Source: Geosiphon pyriformis uo1 (Eukaryota; Fungi; Glomeromycota). From it: a stretch of 64,000 nt of DNA. A program made the position numbers and the translations under genes. Each line of letters starts with the position of its first letter. Position 1 is the first letter of the stretch. The DNA lies in assembly GCA_016748015.1 (NCBI GenBank), contig JAAOMT010000597.1:310001-374000 (forward strand), in the 5' to 3' direction. Shown in pieces: positions 1 to 12,346 of the stretch. The notes below the pieces were generated by a model. That model was not told the DNA's origin, made no database searches, and saw only the letters and a list, made by a program, of their open reading frames with translations.

Positions 1-1345
1 GATCTCTAATAAATTGGTTCAAAATTTGTGGTGCTGTAAAATAATCAGCCTGAATTGCTTGAATTTGGTGCAGATTTTTATGGAAGCATTCTAGATAAGT
101 AGTAACTGCTTTATTTTCCCCTTGTTTGATAATGGTAAAAGTGTTTGCTAACCGATTAATACTATTATTATTGCTGAAATATTATAGGAATGCATTGAAA
201 TCCTGGAGTTTGTTAGTCAAGCTTTAATACTATAAATTGGCAGTATCCTGGAGAAAGTAGGGAATGGCCTGCATGGCTCTAGTGTCATTCCATTCGTTGG
301 CTGTAATGGTTTTTTTCACATTGTTTAGCCACACTTGGGCATCATCTTCTTTGCCAGTGAATTTTTCAAGTTTGGCAATAGGAGCATATGCCATTGGCAC
401 TATGATTTGTTGTTGTGGTGGTTGTTGAAATTGTTGTTGCAGTGGTGAAAGTGACTGTTGTAATTGTTGGGGTGGTTGAAGTGGCTGCTGTTGAATTGGT
501 TCAATAATCAGTTCAATTGGTGGTTGATTGATGATGATTACTGGAGGTAAGTTTTGCTGATTAATTGTTTCAGGGTTTCAATTGTTCTGATTGTGCTGCA
601 TTTGAAAATTCAGAGTTTCAATTTTCAGATTTTTAGTGATTGAATTCTTGTAAGTAAATTCTTGATCTTCAGATTTTTTTTCTTTCTCTTCTAATTCTGT
701 TATCTCCCAGAAACTTGCATTTCCAAAATCTGGTTGAAGTGATGGTGATTGAAATCCTGATGGCATTGGTAATTGCGATTTAAATCCTTTAAAATAATTG
801 TCATAGGTTCCTAGTAATTCTGCTTTCTTTTGTTTACTTTGAAATGGTAGTCATCCAAATGTTGATGTTGTATGTAATGTGGACACACCTGCTAATAAAA
901 TGTTGATGGTGCTTCCAGGTGTATAGTGGTATGATGGGTTTGTTGGTAATTCAACTTTGGTTTTCTTCCAAGTGAATGGTTGTATTTGTTTTGGTGTTAC
1001 TGCTGGTGTTTGCAACCTTCCTTTGCCTTTGTCTACATAAGTAATGAAGAATTGTTGTTGTGTGTATTTTTTAATGGTTTGATTGATTTCTTTGATGATT
1101 GGTGCAAAACTATAGTTTCTTGGTAGGCTGGTATGTTGAAATAATTTTGTATAGAAGTTTTTCCTTGTGGATTCAATGTTAACTGTTTCTTCTAAGCAGT
1201 CTGCAATTTTATTATTGACATAAAAGTTAAAAGCAGATTTTGCTGAAAAGTGGTTATTGTTTAGTCCTAATTGTTGGTTGTATTGTTGGAACAAAGATTT
1301 GGCAAATTTTAAATGGTTTGCTCCTATGTTTTCTGATTCTGCCAC
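1..1345 (-). pseudogene. Ty3/gypsy family A gag (copy 1), runs off window start
   Basis: ORF fragments 851-1345 and 578-766 continue via a Q/P-rich linker into the capsid-like PMAYAPIAKLEKFTGKEDDAQVWL...AIPYFL near 120-394; lies directly downstream of PBS and LTR. Confidence 0.85.
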
Positions 1346-1390
1346 TTTTGGATGATTGCTGTTGGTGCTGGTTCTCTGTAAAATTATATC

Positions 1391-1407
1391 TTACAGGAAG
1401 CACCAAA
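1391..1407 (-). promoter_or_regulatory. Primer-binding site TTTGGTGCTTCCTGTAA (complement of a tRNA 3' end ...GGAAGCACCA)
   Basis: TGG-starting motif 2 nt inside the LTR end; recurs at 9391-9407 and 11436-11452. Confidence 0.8.
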
Positions 1408-2195
1408 TGTTACAGATAATTATTTGAAGTCTCAAATCAAATAACAAATCTATAACTTGGTGCTTGGTTGGTATTCTGGGGTTGATATCTAAAGATGAGA
1501 TTTATCTGAAAATTTTGTTGTGGAGTTCTTTGTATAATGGACAGAGATTTAATGGATGGTTTTATCCATAGCTTCCCAAAACCACAGTTTTGTCAAATTT
1601 CTTTTTTAGTGTGGTGGCTGGTAATCCTCCTGGTAAGCTATTCTCAAATCTATGAGTGTTTTATCTTTGTTTCACAGGTCTTTTATCAGTCTCTATGAAA
1701 TCTGTAACTCAGCGCTTAATCCTTAATCAATTTAGTAAAACCAAAGAAATAATAAAAGAAATACAAGAAAAATAAAAAAAGATAAAGAATAAACAAAAGC
1801 AATTGCAAGTTAGTATCCTGTCAATAGCTGTGATCAAGAACTATTGTTTTAACATGATTAAGTATCAATTACTATCAACATAAAGTGTTGATAGTGAAGA
1901 GTGGGTTGAGATAGTGAATAATTATTTATTGATATTTGTGAATTAGAAGGTCACTTAGATTAAATCTAAACTGAAAAGTCTGTCTTTTCTTCTTCTAATG
2001 CTATCACTATATATACATAATTTGGGTTCTACGAGATCGCTCACATTCTTGAGTGATGTGCTATAATTTTTCAAGCAATGTGCCATATTTTCTGATATTG
2101 CTCTACATTGCTGAGCAATGTGCTCACATGCTAACTACTACTTTCTTATTGGTCTACTATTTTTTTCTATATCTGTTTTCTTTGTATGAGTAACA
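1408..2195 (-). mobile_element. Family A LTR (5' LTR of element 1)
   Basis: TGTTAC...GTAACA termini; homologous to 10 other copies in the window; CCAAT box, palindromic ACATTGCT-N-AGCAATGT units and TATATA box. Confidence 0.9.
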
Positions 2196-2713
2196 ATGGG
2201 TGCTAGAGTTTAATATACTAAAGGTAAGTATATTGGTTATTGTGTTATTTGTAAATAATAGAGTTAATATTGATCTTGATTTGATGAATAATTTGGAGTT
2301 TGAAACTGGCAATCAGAGTTTCAATATTGATTTTCTGATTATGGATTACTATTATATAGCAGTTAATTTTGTGGTAACTTTGTTTACCACAATTGTGACA
2401 TATATATGTTTTTTGCTATTATAGTTGATTGGTTGACAATAAGAGACATGATTATTTTAAAAACAATTTGAGTTTCTTTAATTATTGTGTCATTGTAAAG
2501 GTTAATATATGATCTGATTGTTGTTAGTTAAATACCCCTCTAATTTTTGATTAATTGAATTATTAAATTGTTTTAATTTGAAATTTAATTCAGATAATCT
2601 ATTTATTACTAGATTAATAACTTGGGTGTGGTTGGCTTTGAGTTTAGCTAATTCAAAATTTTGGCTTGGGTGATGGCATTCTGGAGTGTTTGTGAGTACA
2701 TTGAAGTACTCAT
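2196..2713 (-). pseudogene. Decayed gag-like fragment of another retroelement family
   Basis: CpG-free coding-like fragment (LKANHTQVINLVINRLSELNFKLKQF...) wedged between two LTRs. Confidence 0.45.
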
Positions 2714-3482
2714 TGTTATTCATAAAAAAAAAGCATACAAGAAAATAGTAGAAAAAACAGATAGACCAATAGAAAAATACTAGTTAACACATGAGCACAT
2801 TGCTTGAAAAATTATAGTATATTGCTTGGAAATATAAACAATCTCATAGAACCCAAATTATGTATATATAGCAAGAACATTAGAAATAAAAAAGATAGAA
2901 TTCTCAAGTAGAATCAATATTAAGACCTCCCTATTAAAACTTTTTAGTTAAAATTATCAATATTAATAAATAATTATTTACTATCTAAATCACTCTTTCT
3001 ACTATTAATACTTCATGTTGATAGCATCTAATACTTGATTACATTAAAACAATAGTTCTTAATTATGGCTATTAATAAAATACTAACTTTTTTTTGTTTT
3101 GGCTTATTTCTTTATTTCTTTTTTTTTTTTTTTTTCTTTCCTTTTTATTATTATTTACTAATTGATTAAAGATTAAATGCACAGAGTTATTGATGTCAAA
3201 GTGACTGATAAAAGACCCAAAAATAAGGGTAAAACACTCAAGAATTGAGAATAGCTTATTAAAAAAATTACTGGCCATCATATTGAGAAAAAAAATTGAT
3301 GAAATTGTGATTTTGGAAAGTAACAGATAAAACAACTTTTAAATCTCTGTCTATTATACAAAAAACTCCACCAAAACCTTCAAATACCAAAACCTTTAAA
3401 TATTACCAACCATATTTAGCTATTAAACACTAAGTTACAAATTTGTTATTTGTTTTAAGACTCAAAATAATCACCTGTAATA
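2714..3482 (+). repeat. Family A LTR
   Basis: TGTTAT...GTAATA (decayed termini); reverse-complement homology to 1408-2195. Confidence 0.88.
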
Positions 3483-3537
3483 TTTGGTAAGATATAATTC
3501 AACAGAAAACCAGCACTAACAACAACTATTTAAAACA

Positions 3538-4380
3538 ATGGCAGAATCAGAAAAAATAGGAACAAACTACTTGGAATTTGCAAAATCTTTATTTCAACAT
3601 TATCAAAGTCATCTTGAATTGACAAATAACAGTTGGCCAGCAGAATCAGCTTTTAATTGTTACATTAACAAAAAAATTACATACTACTTGAGAGGTTAAA
3701 GAGATTCAAAATTTACTTTTAACAACTTTTTTAGTGAACTACTTTAAAGCACCAGCCTGCCATAAAATTATCTATTTGCACCCCTAATCACAGAAATAAA
3801 CAGGAAAATTAAAAGGTACACCAAACAAAGATTTTTTATCATCTTTGCCAACAAAAAAAAAAAAAGACTACAAACATCAGCAGAAACACCAAAAATGATA
3901 CAACCACCTATTTGGAAAAAACCAAAAGTCAATTTACCAATTAATCCATCATATTATTACACACTCAGAAGTGTTATCAATATAACATTAATAGGTATAT
4001 TCACAGCAAACATAACAACACTACTAAACAGAATCTTGTTTTAAAGTAAACAAAAAAAAATAAAATTATTGGAAACATATGGCAATTATTTTGAGAAATT
4101 TAAATCAAGATTCCCAATGCTATTAGAAATCTGATTACTGCCATTATAACCAGATTTTGAAACTGCTAGTCCTTGGGATATAACTGACTTTAAGAAAGAG
4201 AAAAACAGTGATTAGTAAATTAATAATCAAAACCCAATTTCAAAAAACTCAGAAATACAAACCCCGATTATTCTAACCCCAAAAAATCAAAATAATCTAA
4301 ACACTGCTCTTATTGCTCTCCAAAACTTATCTCCAGTGATCATAATCAATTTACTACTTCAGCAGTAACTACAACAACAA
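3538..4380 (+). pseudogene. gag (N-terminal part)
   Basis: MAESEKIGTNYLEFAKSLFQHY... homologous to 851-1345, many stops. Confidence 0.8.
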
Positions 4381-6495
4381 TCCAAATATTTTATTACTTA
4401 CCAAAATATATTATATTAGAAAAACAGAAAAAATTCAGATCAATCATTCAGAGTAATCACAGAACCAAAAAAGAAAACAATACTATACAACATGTACTTA
4501 GATCTAACAGCAGAACATTTTTATAAAAAAACAACCATAAAAAGAACCAAAAAAAGATATTATTGGCCATTAATGTATTTAGACATTATCTAATATGTTC
4601 AAAATTGTAATGTTTATCAAAGAAAAAAAAAAACAAGATCCAGTGAGCCACTAAGACCAATTAAAGTGAGACAACTATTTGATAGAATTGGTATTGACTT
4701 AATTGGACCATTAACTATAACCAGCAGAGAAAATTATTATATAGCAATAGCCATAGATTATCTCACTAAATGGCCAGAGGCAAAAGCAATTTAAAAAGCA
4801 GATGCAGAATTCATAGCCAAATTTGTTTACCAAGATCTGATTTGTCAACATAAATGTTCAAAAGAATTGTTATCAGATCAAGGAATTCACTTTGTAAACA
4901 GAATATTAGTAGAATTAAGCCAAAAATTTAGAATCAAAAGACCATTATCATTACTATATCATTCACAAACAAATGGTTTAGTTGAAAAATTCAACAGAAC
5001 ATTGTGTGAAGCAATTGCCAAAACCAGTTAAAAAAACCAGGACAAATGGAATTTGTTTATACCATCAGTATTATTTGCTTATCAGACAATAAAGCAAGAT
5101 ATCATACAAATAACACCATTTGAACTTGTTTATAAAAGAACAGCAACTTTACCAGTTAAGATAAAAAGTCAACACATATTCAACTAAACCAATAACAGAA
5201 GCCAACTTTCAAAGAATATTATTAAGAAAAACATTGTTACAGGTGATTATTTGGGGTCTCAAATCAAATAACAAACCTGTAACTTGGTGCTCAATAGCTT
5301 CTATAATGGTAATATCTAAAGATTTTGGTAATCTGAAGATTTTTGGTTGAGCCTTTTGTATAATCGACAGAGATTCAATTTGTTGTTTTAATAGCCTTTT
5401 AGAATTGCAATTCCTTGAAATTTTTTTCTCAGCATGGTAACTGATAATTCTCTTGGTAAGCTATTCTTAAATTTATAAGTTTTTTACCCTTATTTCATGG
5501 GTCTTTTACCAGTCTCTATGATATTTGTAACTCAGCACTTTTAATTTTTAATCAATTAATAAAACAAAACAAAAAAATACAAAATAGGAAAAATAAAAAA
5601 ATCAATCAAATAAGCCAAGATGATTAAGTTAGTATTTCATTAATAGCCATGATCAAAAGCTATTATTCTAACATAGTCAAGTAATAGATACTATCAACAT
5701 AAAGTGTTGATAGTGATAAGAGTAATTTGGATAGTGAATAATTATTTATTGATATTAATGATTCTAATAGAAATGTGGTAATGAGGAGGTTTTGGTAGTG
5801 ATTTTCTTTTTTCTGCTTCTAATGCTTTTACTATATATACATAATTTAGGTTCTATAAGATCACTCACATTTTCAAGCAATGTGCTATAATTTCTTAAGC
5901 AATATGTCCTAATTTTCTAATATTGCTTCACATTGCTGAGCAATGTGCCATAATTTCTGACATTGTTCTATATTGCTAAGCAATGTGCTTATGTGCTAAC
6001 TACTAATTTCCTATTGGTCTATTTGTTTTCTTATTATTTCTCTTTATACATTTTCTTTATAAGTAATAACATACAACTTAATGAAAACATTGGAAAACAA
6101 AAGACAAAGAGCAGCTGATAATATTCAAAAATTACAAAAAAAACAACATAATAACCAATTACCAAATAAGCCAGTTGAATTCAAAATTGAAAACATGGTA
6201 TTTTTGTATTATACCAAAGTGGAAAAACAATGGCATGGAAAATTTAACTCCAAATGGGACAGACCATTTCATATTAAAAAAATTCTAGAAAATAGAGCTT
6301 ATAAACTAAGATAGAACAACAAAATCTTAGCTAAAGCAGCACATGAAAATCAACTGAAAGCATATTACAATACAATATTATTATCTATCAGTAATATTCT
6401 ACAATTGGGAGTACAACAAATACTAGTTCAATCAGATGAAATTCTATGAGATTTAGAACCAATTATAATCATTGATTCAAACACATTAAGTTGAT
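4381..6495 (+). pseudogene. pol integrase (Zn-binding, rve core, GPY/F), interrupted by solo LTR
   Basis: FDRIGIDLIGPL...AIDYLTKWPEAKAI, SDQGIHF, YHSQTNGLVEKFN, KWDRPF motifs. Confidence 0.9.
5235..6068 (-). mobile_element. Family A solo LTR with 4-bp TSD ACAT
   Basis: ACAT at 5231-5234 and 6069-6072; removing the insert restores the integrase sequence seen uninterrupted at ~57890-57920. Confidence 0.9.
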
Positions 6496-6548
6496 TAACT
6501 AAAAGAATATATAAAAACATGATATATATAACAAAAACAATGAAGAAA

Positions 6549-7189
6549 ATGAAAATACCAAATTATATTCATACCTTAGCTCAACAATTATTTCAGACCT
6601 TAAATTAACAACAAGTAAATATAGAAATTGTTATCAACTACCAAACAATCTGCTATTGAAACACCAAACAAGAAAAAAAAGCAAAGAATATATCATATTA
6701 GTAACTTCAGAACCAAACAAAAAACTGGTCAAATAAGATAGTAAAAAAAGTAAAAAACACTTTTGGGAAAATACTCATCATAATTTCAACAGAAAAACTT
6801 TCAAAAAAAATTGAAAACAGTGAATAGAACAACTTCTAATATCATACTGCTATTATCAGTTAGGACAAAAATTAAATATTCAGAAGTTATATTGCAATAA
6901 AGCCAAAAAAATATTCAATTAAGAGATAATACAGAATATTGAAAACATTATTAGAAAGAAAACAAATCTAATACTATACATTAGAACAATCTATTGATTA
7001 CACATAATATGTCAAAACTACTCAGAAATATTGCTACATTCTAACATAGAGACAATAACCATTAACCAGTGGAAAAAAATAAACAACTTACAAATCAAAG
7101 AGATAAAAAGCAGAGTTAAACAACCAATATTAGAAAAAGAAGTTATAGAATTAATTCAAAATGAAGATTTCAATAGAGCTCAATATTAA
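6549..7189 (+). pseudogene. ORF3 of family A (unknown function), copy 1
   Basis: ATG...LGQKLNIQKLY..KAKKIF...IY...EILLHS...TINQW...AQY-stop at the PPT; homologous to 56832-57461 and 62510-63145. Confidence 0.75.
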
Positions 7190-7202
7190 AAAAAAGAGAT
7201 AA

Positions 7203-8065
7203 TATTACTCATAGAAAAAAAGCATACAAGAAAATAGTAAGAAAAACAGATAAATTAATAGGAAAATAGTAGTTAACACATAAGCACATTGCTTAGCAAT
7301 ATAGAGCATTATCAGGAATTACAACATATTGCTCAGCAATGTAAAGCAATGTGAAGCAATGTTAAAAAATCATAACACATTGCTTAGCAATGTAAGCATT
7401 GCTTAAGAAATTATAGCACATTGCTCAGAAATGTAAGCAATCTCATAGAACTCAAATTATGTATATATAGCAAGAGCATTAGAAATAGAAAAGACAGAAT
7501 TCTCAAGTAGAATTGATACCAAGACCTTTTTATTAAAACTTTTTAGTTAAAATTATCAATATCAATAAATAATTATTCACTATCTAAATCGCTCTTTTCA
7601 TTATCAATACTTTATATTGATAGCATCCAATACTTGATCACACTGGAACAATAGCTCTTGATTATAGTTATTGATAGGATACTAACTCTTTTTTATCTTG
7701 GCTTATTTTTTTATTTCTTTTTATTTCTTTTTTTTCTTTTATTTTTGTTATTATTTACTAATTGATTAAAAATTAAACACACAGAGTTATTAATATTAAA
7801 GTGACTGGTAAAAGACCCAGGAATAAGGATAGAACACTCAAGAATTAAAGATAACTTACCAAAAAAATTACCAGCCATTACACTAAGAAAGAAATTTGAC
7901 AGAATTGTGATTTCAAGAAGTGACAAATAAAACAACATTTAAATCTCTGTTTATTATACAAAGAACTCAACCAAAACCTTCAGATATTACCAATGATTAT
8001 AACTATTGAGCACCAAGTTATGGGTTTGTTATTTGTTTCAAGATCCCAAATAATCATTTGTAATA
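7203..8065 (+). repeat. Family A 3' LTR
   Basis: Preceded by purine tract; expanded palindromic repeat array at ~7280-7440. Confidence 0.88.
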
Positions 8066-10166
8066 CTATTATAAAAGACTACTTGCAGGTTATAAATAAA
8101 TTGATTCAATATTTGTGGTACAGTAAAGTAGTTTATGTTAATTGCTTGTATTTGATATAGGCTTTTATGAAAGTGTTCTAAGTAAGTAGTAACTGCTTCA
8201 GTTTTTCTTTGTTTAATGGTTGTAAACATATTGGCTAGCCAATTGATGTTATTGTTATTACTAAAATATCTTAAGAATTCAACTTTAAATGCATTAAATT
8301 TTAATACCATGAATTGGCAGTATCTTAAAAAAAATATGAAATTGCCTGTAATGCTCTGGCATTGTCCCATTTGTTGGCTATGATGACTTTTTTCATATTA
8401 TTGAGCCATATTTGTGCATTGTCTTTTTTACTGGTAAATTTTTTTAGTTTTGCAATTGATGTATATGTTATTAATGCCTATAGTAGTTGTTGTAATTATA
8501 GTAGTTGTTGTATTTGCTGCTGAGATAGTGGATTGATCACAATTACTGGAGATAAGTTTTGGGGAGCAATAAAAATGGTGTTTGGATCATTCTGATTTTT
8601 TAGGATTGGAATAATTGGGGTTTGTATTTCTGGGTTTTCTGAAATTGGGTTTTAATTATTAATTTACTAATTGCTGTTTTTCTCTTCCTTAGAGTCAGTT
8701 ATATTTCAAAAACTAGTAGCTTTAAAATCTGGTTGTGGTGGCAGTGATTGAATTCTTGATAACATTAGAAATCTTGATTTAAATTTCTCAAAATAATTAC
8801 TGTATGTTCCCAATAATTCTATTTTTTTTATTTACTTTGGAACAGGATTCTGTTTAGTGGTGTTGTTATGTTTGCTTTGGATGCACTTATTGATGTTATA
8901 TTAATGGTACTTCTGAATCTGTAATAGTATGATAGATTGATTAGTGAATTAACTCTTGGTTTTTTCCAAGTAGATGGCTGTATTATTTTTGGTGTTCCTG
9001 CTGGTATTTGTAGTCTTCTTTTTTTTTTGTCAGCAAAGGTGATAGGAAATTTTTGTTTGGTGTATCTTTCAATTTCTCTGTTTATTTTTGTGATTAAGAG
9101 TACAAATAGATAGTTTTGTGACAGACTGGTGCTTTGGAGTAGTTCACTAAAAAAGTTGTTAAAAGTGAATTCTGGATCTTTTTGACCTCTTAAGTAGTAT
9201 GCAATTCTCTTGTTGACATAATAATTAAAAGCTAATTTTGTTGGCCAACTGTTATTTGTTAATTCAAGATAACTTTGGTAATATTAGAATAAAAATTTTG
9301 CAAATTTCAAGTAATTTGTCTCTATTTTTTCTGATTCTGCCACTGTTTCAAATGGTTGTTGTTGGTGCTAGTTTTTTGTTGGATTATACTTCACAGGAAG
9401 CACCAAATATTACAGATGATTATTTGGGGTCTCAAAACAAATAACAAACTCATAACTTGGTGTTTAATAACTAAATATAATTGGTAATATCTGAAGATTT
9501 TGATATCTGAAAATTTTGGTGGAGTTTTTTGTATAATAGACAAAGATTCAAAAGTTGTTTTATCTGTCACTTCCCAGAATTGCAATTCCATCAAAATTTT
9601 TTCTTAGCATGATAATCAGTAATTTTCTTAGTAAGCTATTCTCAATCTTTAAGTGTTCTATTCTTATTTCTGGGTCTTTTACCAATTACTTTGACATTGA
9701 TAACTCTGTATATTTAATCTTTAATCAATTAGTAAATAATAATAAAAATAAAAGAAAAGAAAAGAAATAAAGAAATAAGCCAAGAGAAGAAAAAGTTAGT
9801 ATTTTATTAATAGCCATGATCAAGAACTATTGTTCTAATGTGATCAAGTATTGAATGCTATCAACATGAAATGTTGATAATGGAAAAAGCAATTTAGATA
9901 GTGAATAATTATTTATTAATATTAATAATTCTAATTAAGAAGTTTTAATAAGGAGGTCTTAGTATTGATTCTACTTGGGAATTCTGTCTTTTCTACTTTT
10001 AATGCTTTTGCTATATATACATAATTTGGGTTCTATAAGATCACTCACATTTCCAAACAATGTGCTATAATTTTTCAAGTAATATGCTTATGTGTTAACT
10101 ACTATTCTCTTATTGGTTTATCTGTTTTTTTTACTATTTTCTTGTATGCTTTTTCTATAAGTAATA
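8066..10166 (-). mobile_element. Truncated family A element: 5' LTR 9408-10166, PBS 9391-9407, gag 8066-9343
   Basis: LTR homology, TGGTGCTTCCTGTGA PBS, gag homology including capsid domain. Confidence 0.85.
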
Positions 10167-10463
10167 ACACTCAAAATTAAGGATAACTTACCAGAAAATA
10201 CTGGTTATCAAGCTGAGAAAAAAATTAATGAAATATAGATATTTTGAGAAGTGATGGACAACAAAGCATACCAACTTGAGAGTTGAGAAAACTAGAAACA
10301 TTACACCAAAATATTAACATTGAATCTCTGTTTATTATACAAAAAACTCAACCAAAACTTTTAAATTATAAAAACTTTTAGATATTATCAACTATATTAG
10401 CTATTGAACACCAAGTTACAGGTTTGTTATTTGTTTTCAGACCCCAAATAATCATCTGTAATA
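10167..10463 (+). repeat. Partial (3' half) family A LTR
   Basis: Ends ...ATAATCATCTGTAATA; inserted in the gag of the next element and cut by the 9408-10166 LTR. Confidence 0.75.
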
Positions 10464-12346
10464 GTGTATGCCATTGGTACTAGTGGCAGTTGTTGTAATT
10501 GTAGTTGTGGTTGAAATTATTGCTGAGATGGTGGTTGTGGCTGTTGTTATTATTTGGCAATTGGGACAACTAGTGAATTTATCATAATTACTGAAGGTAA
10601 GTTTTAGGGAACAATAAAGATGGAATTTGAATTATTTGGGTTTGCTGGGTTTAAATAATCAGAGTTTAAATTTCCAGGTTTTTTGTAATTGGGTTTTGAA
10701 TATTAATTTTCTGATTGCTATTTTCTTTTTCCTCAAAGTCTATTATTTTCCAAAAACTGATAGCTCCAAAATCTGGTGGTAGTGATAGTAATCAAAGTCC
10801 TAATGGTGTTGTTGATCATGAATTAAATCCCTTGAAATAATTACTGTAGGTTTCTAATAGTTTAGCTTTTTCCTGTTTATTTTGAAATAGGATTTTGACT
10901 AATAATGTTTTTGCATTTGCTGTGAATGTGCCTACTGATATTATGTTAATAGTACTTTCAGTTGTGTAATAATATGATGGGTATATTGGTGATTTAACTC
11001 TTGGTTTCTTTTAGGTGAGTGATTGTATCTGCTTTGGAATTCCTCCTGATGTTTGCAATCTTTTTTTTTCTTTGTTAGCAAAGATAATAGAAAATTTTTA
11101 TTTAGTGTATTTTTTAATTTCTCTGTTTATTTCTATAATTAAAAGTGTAAATAGATAGTTTTATAAAAATGTGGTATGCTGGAGTAATTCACTAAAAAAA
11201 TTGTTAAAAACAGATTCTGGATTTCTTTGACCTTCTAAGTAGTATATAATTCTTTTGTTGACATAACAATTGAAAGCTGATTTTGTTGACCAATTATTAC
11301 TTGTCAGTTCAAGATAAGTGTGATAGTGGTAGAATAAAAATTTTGTGAATTCCAAGTGGTTGGTTTCTGTTATTTCTGATTCTGCCACTGTTATAGATAG
11401 TTACTGTTGGTGCTGGTTTTCTGTTAAATTATATCTCACAAGAAACACCAAATGTTACAAGTGATTATTTGGATGGATAGAATAAATAACAAATCTGTAA
11501 CTTGGTGCTTAATTGATATAATAGTGTTGATATCTGAAAGTTTTTGTGATCTAAAGATTTTGGTTTAAGTTTTTTGTATAATGAACAGAGATTCAAGTGT
11601 TGTTTTATCTGTAGCCTCCCAGAATTGCAATTCCATCGAATTTTTTTTTTAGCATGGTGGCTGGTAATCTTCCTGGTAAGCTATTTTCAATTCTATAAGT
11701 GTTTTACTCTTGTTTTATGAATTTTTTACCAGTTTTTTTGATGTTAGTAACTCTATGTATTAATCTTTAATCAATTAGTAAAATAATAAACAAAACAAAG
11801 AACAGAAAAGAAAAGAAAAAGATAAACCAAGGCAAAAAAGAGTTAATATCTTGTTAATAGCTGTGATCAAGAGCTATTGGTCTAGTGTAGTTAAGTATTG
11901 GCAATTATCAACATAAATTGTTGATAGTAAAAAGATGGATAATACTAGTAATAATTATTTTTATTGATATTTGATGTTTCTATTTCAAGTCATAAAATAC
12001 TATTATATGAAAAAATGAATATGGAATTGGAATTGGAGATTCTAAAACTAAGAATTCTGTTTTTTTTGTTCTTAATACTTTTGTTATATATACATATTTA
12101 ATGTTCTACAAGATTTTACACATTCTTGAGCAATACTCCATAATTTTTCAAGCAATGCTTACATTATTGAGCAATATGCTGTAATTTCTGATAATGCTTT
12201 ATATTGCTAAACAATGTGCCATAATTTTTGACAATATTTTATATTGCTAAGCAATGTGCTTATGTGCTAAATACTATTTTCTTATTGGTTTATTTTCTAT
12301 CTGTTTTTTTTACTACTTTTTTTGTACTTTTTTTCTATAAGTAACA
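10464..12346 (-). mobile_element. Truncated family A element: 5' LTR 11453-12346, PBS, gag 10464-11388
   Basis: TGTTAC...GTAACA LTR, PBS 11436-11452, ORF 11161-11388 homologous to gag. Confidence 0.85.

Larger units (their letters stand above)
2714..8065 (+). mobile_element. Internally deleted family A Ty3/gypsy element (LTR-gag/integrase-ORF3-PPT-LTR)
   Basis: 5' LTR 2714-3482, degenerate PBS, gag from 3538, jump to integrase at ~4380, ORF3 6549-7189, PPT ~7188-7202, 3' LTR 7203-8065; flanks show no matching TSD. Confidence 0.85.

Noticed and set aside
3072-3335. Recurrent small ORFs (3072-3335, 7711-7938, 9555-9770)
   Set aside because: Antisense readings of the same LTR; recurrence reflects the repeat, not a gene family
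3170-3482. Apparent ORF inside the LTR R/U5 reading up to the terminal TAA, roughly in frame with gag
   Set aside because: Frame is not conserved between LTR copies (indels not multiples of 3 in 1408-2195 and others)
7280-7440. Palindromic spaced repeats resembling a CRISPR array
   Set aside because: Eukaryotic LTR U3; spacers are near-identical rather than unique; no cas genes
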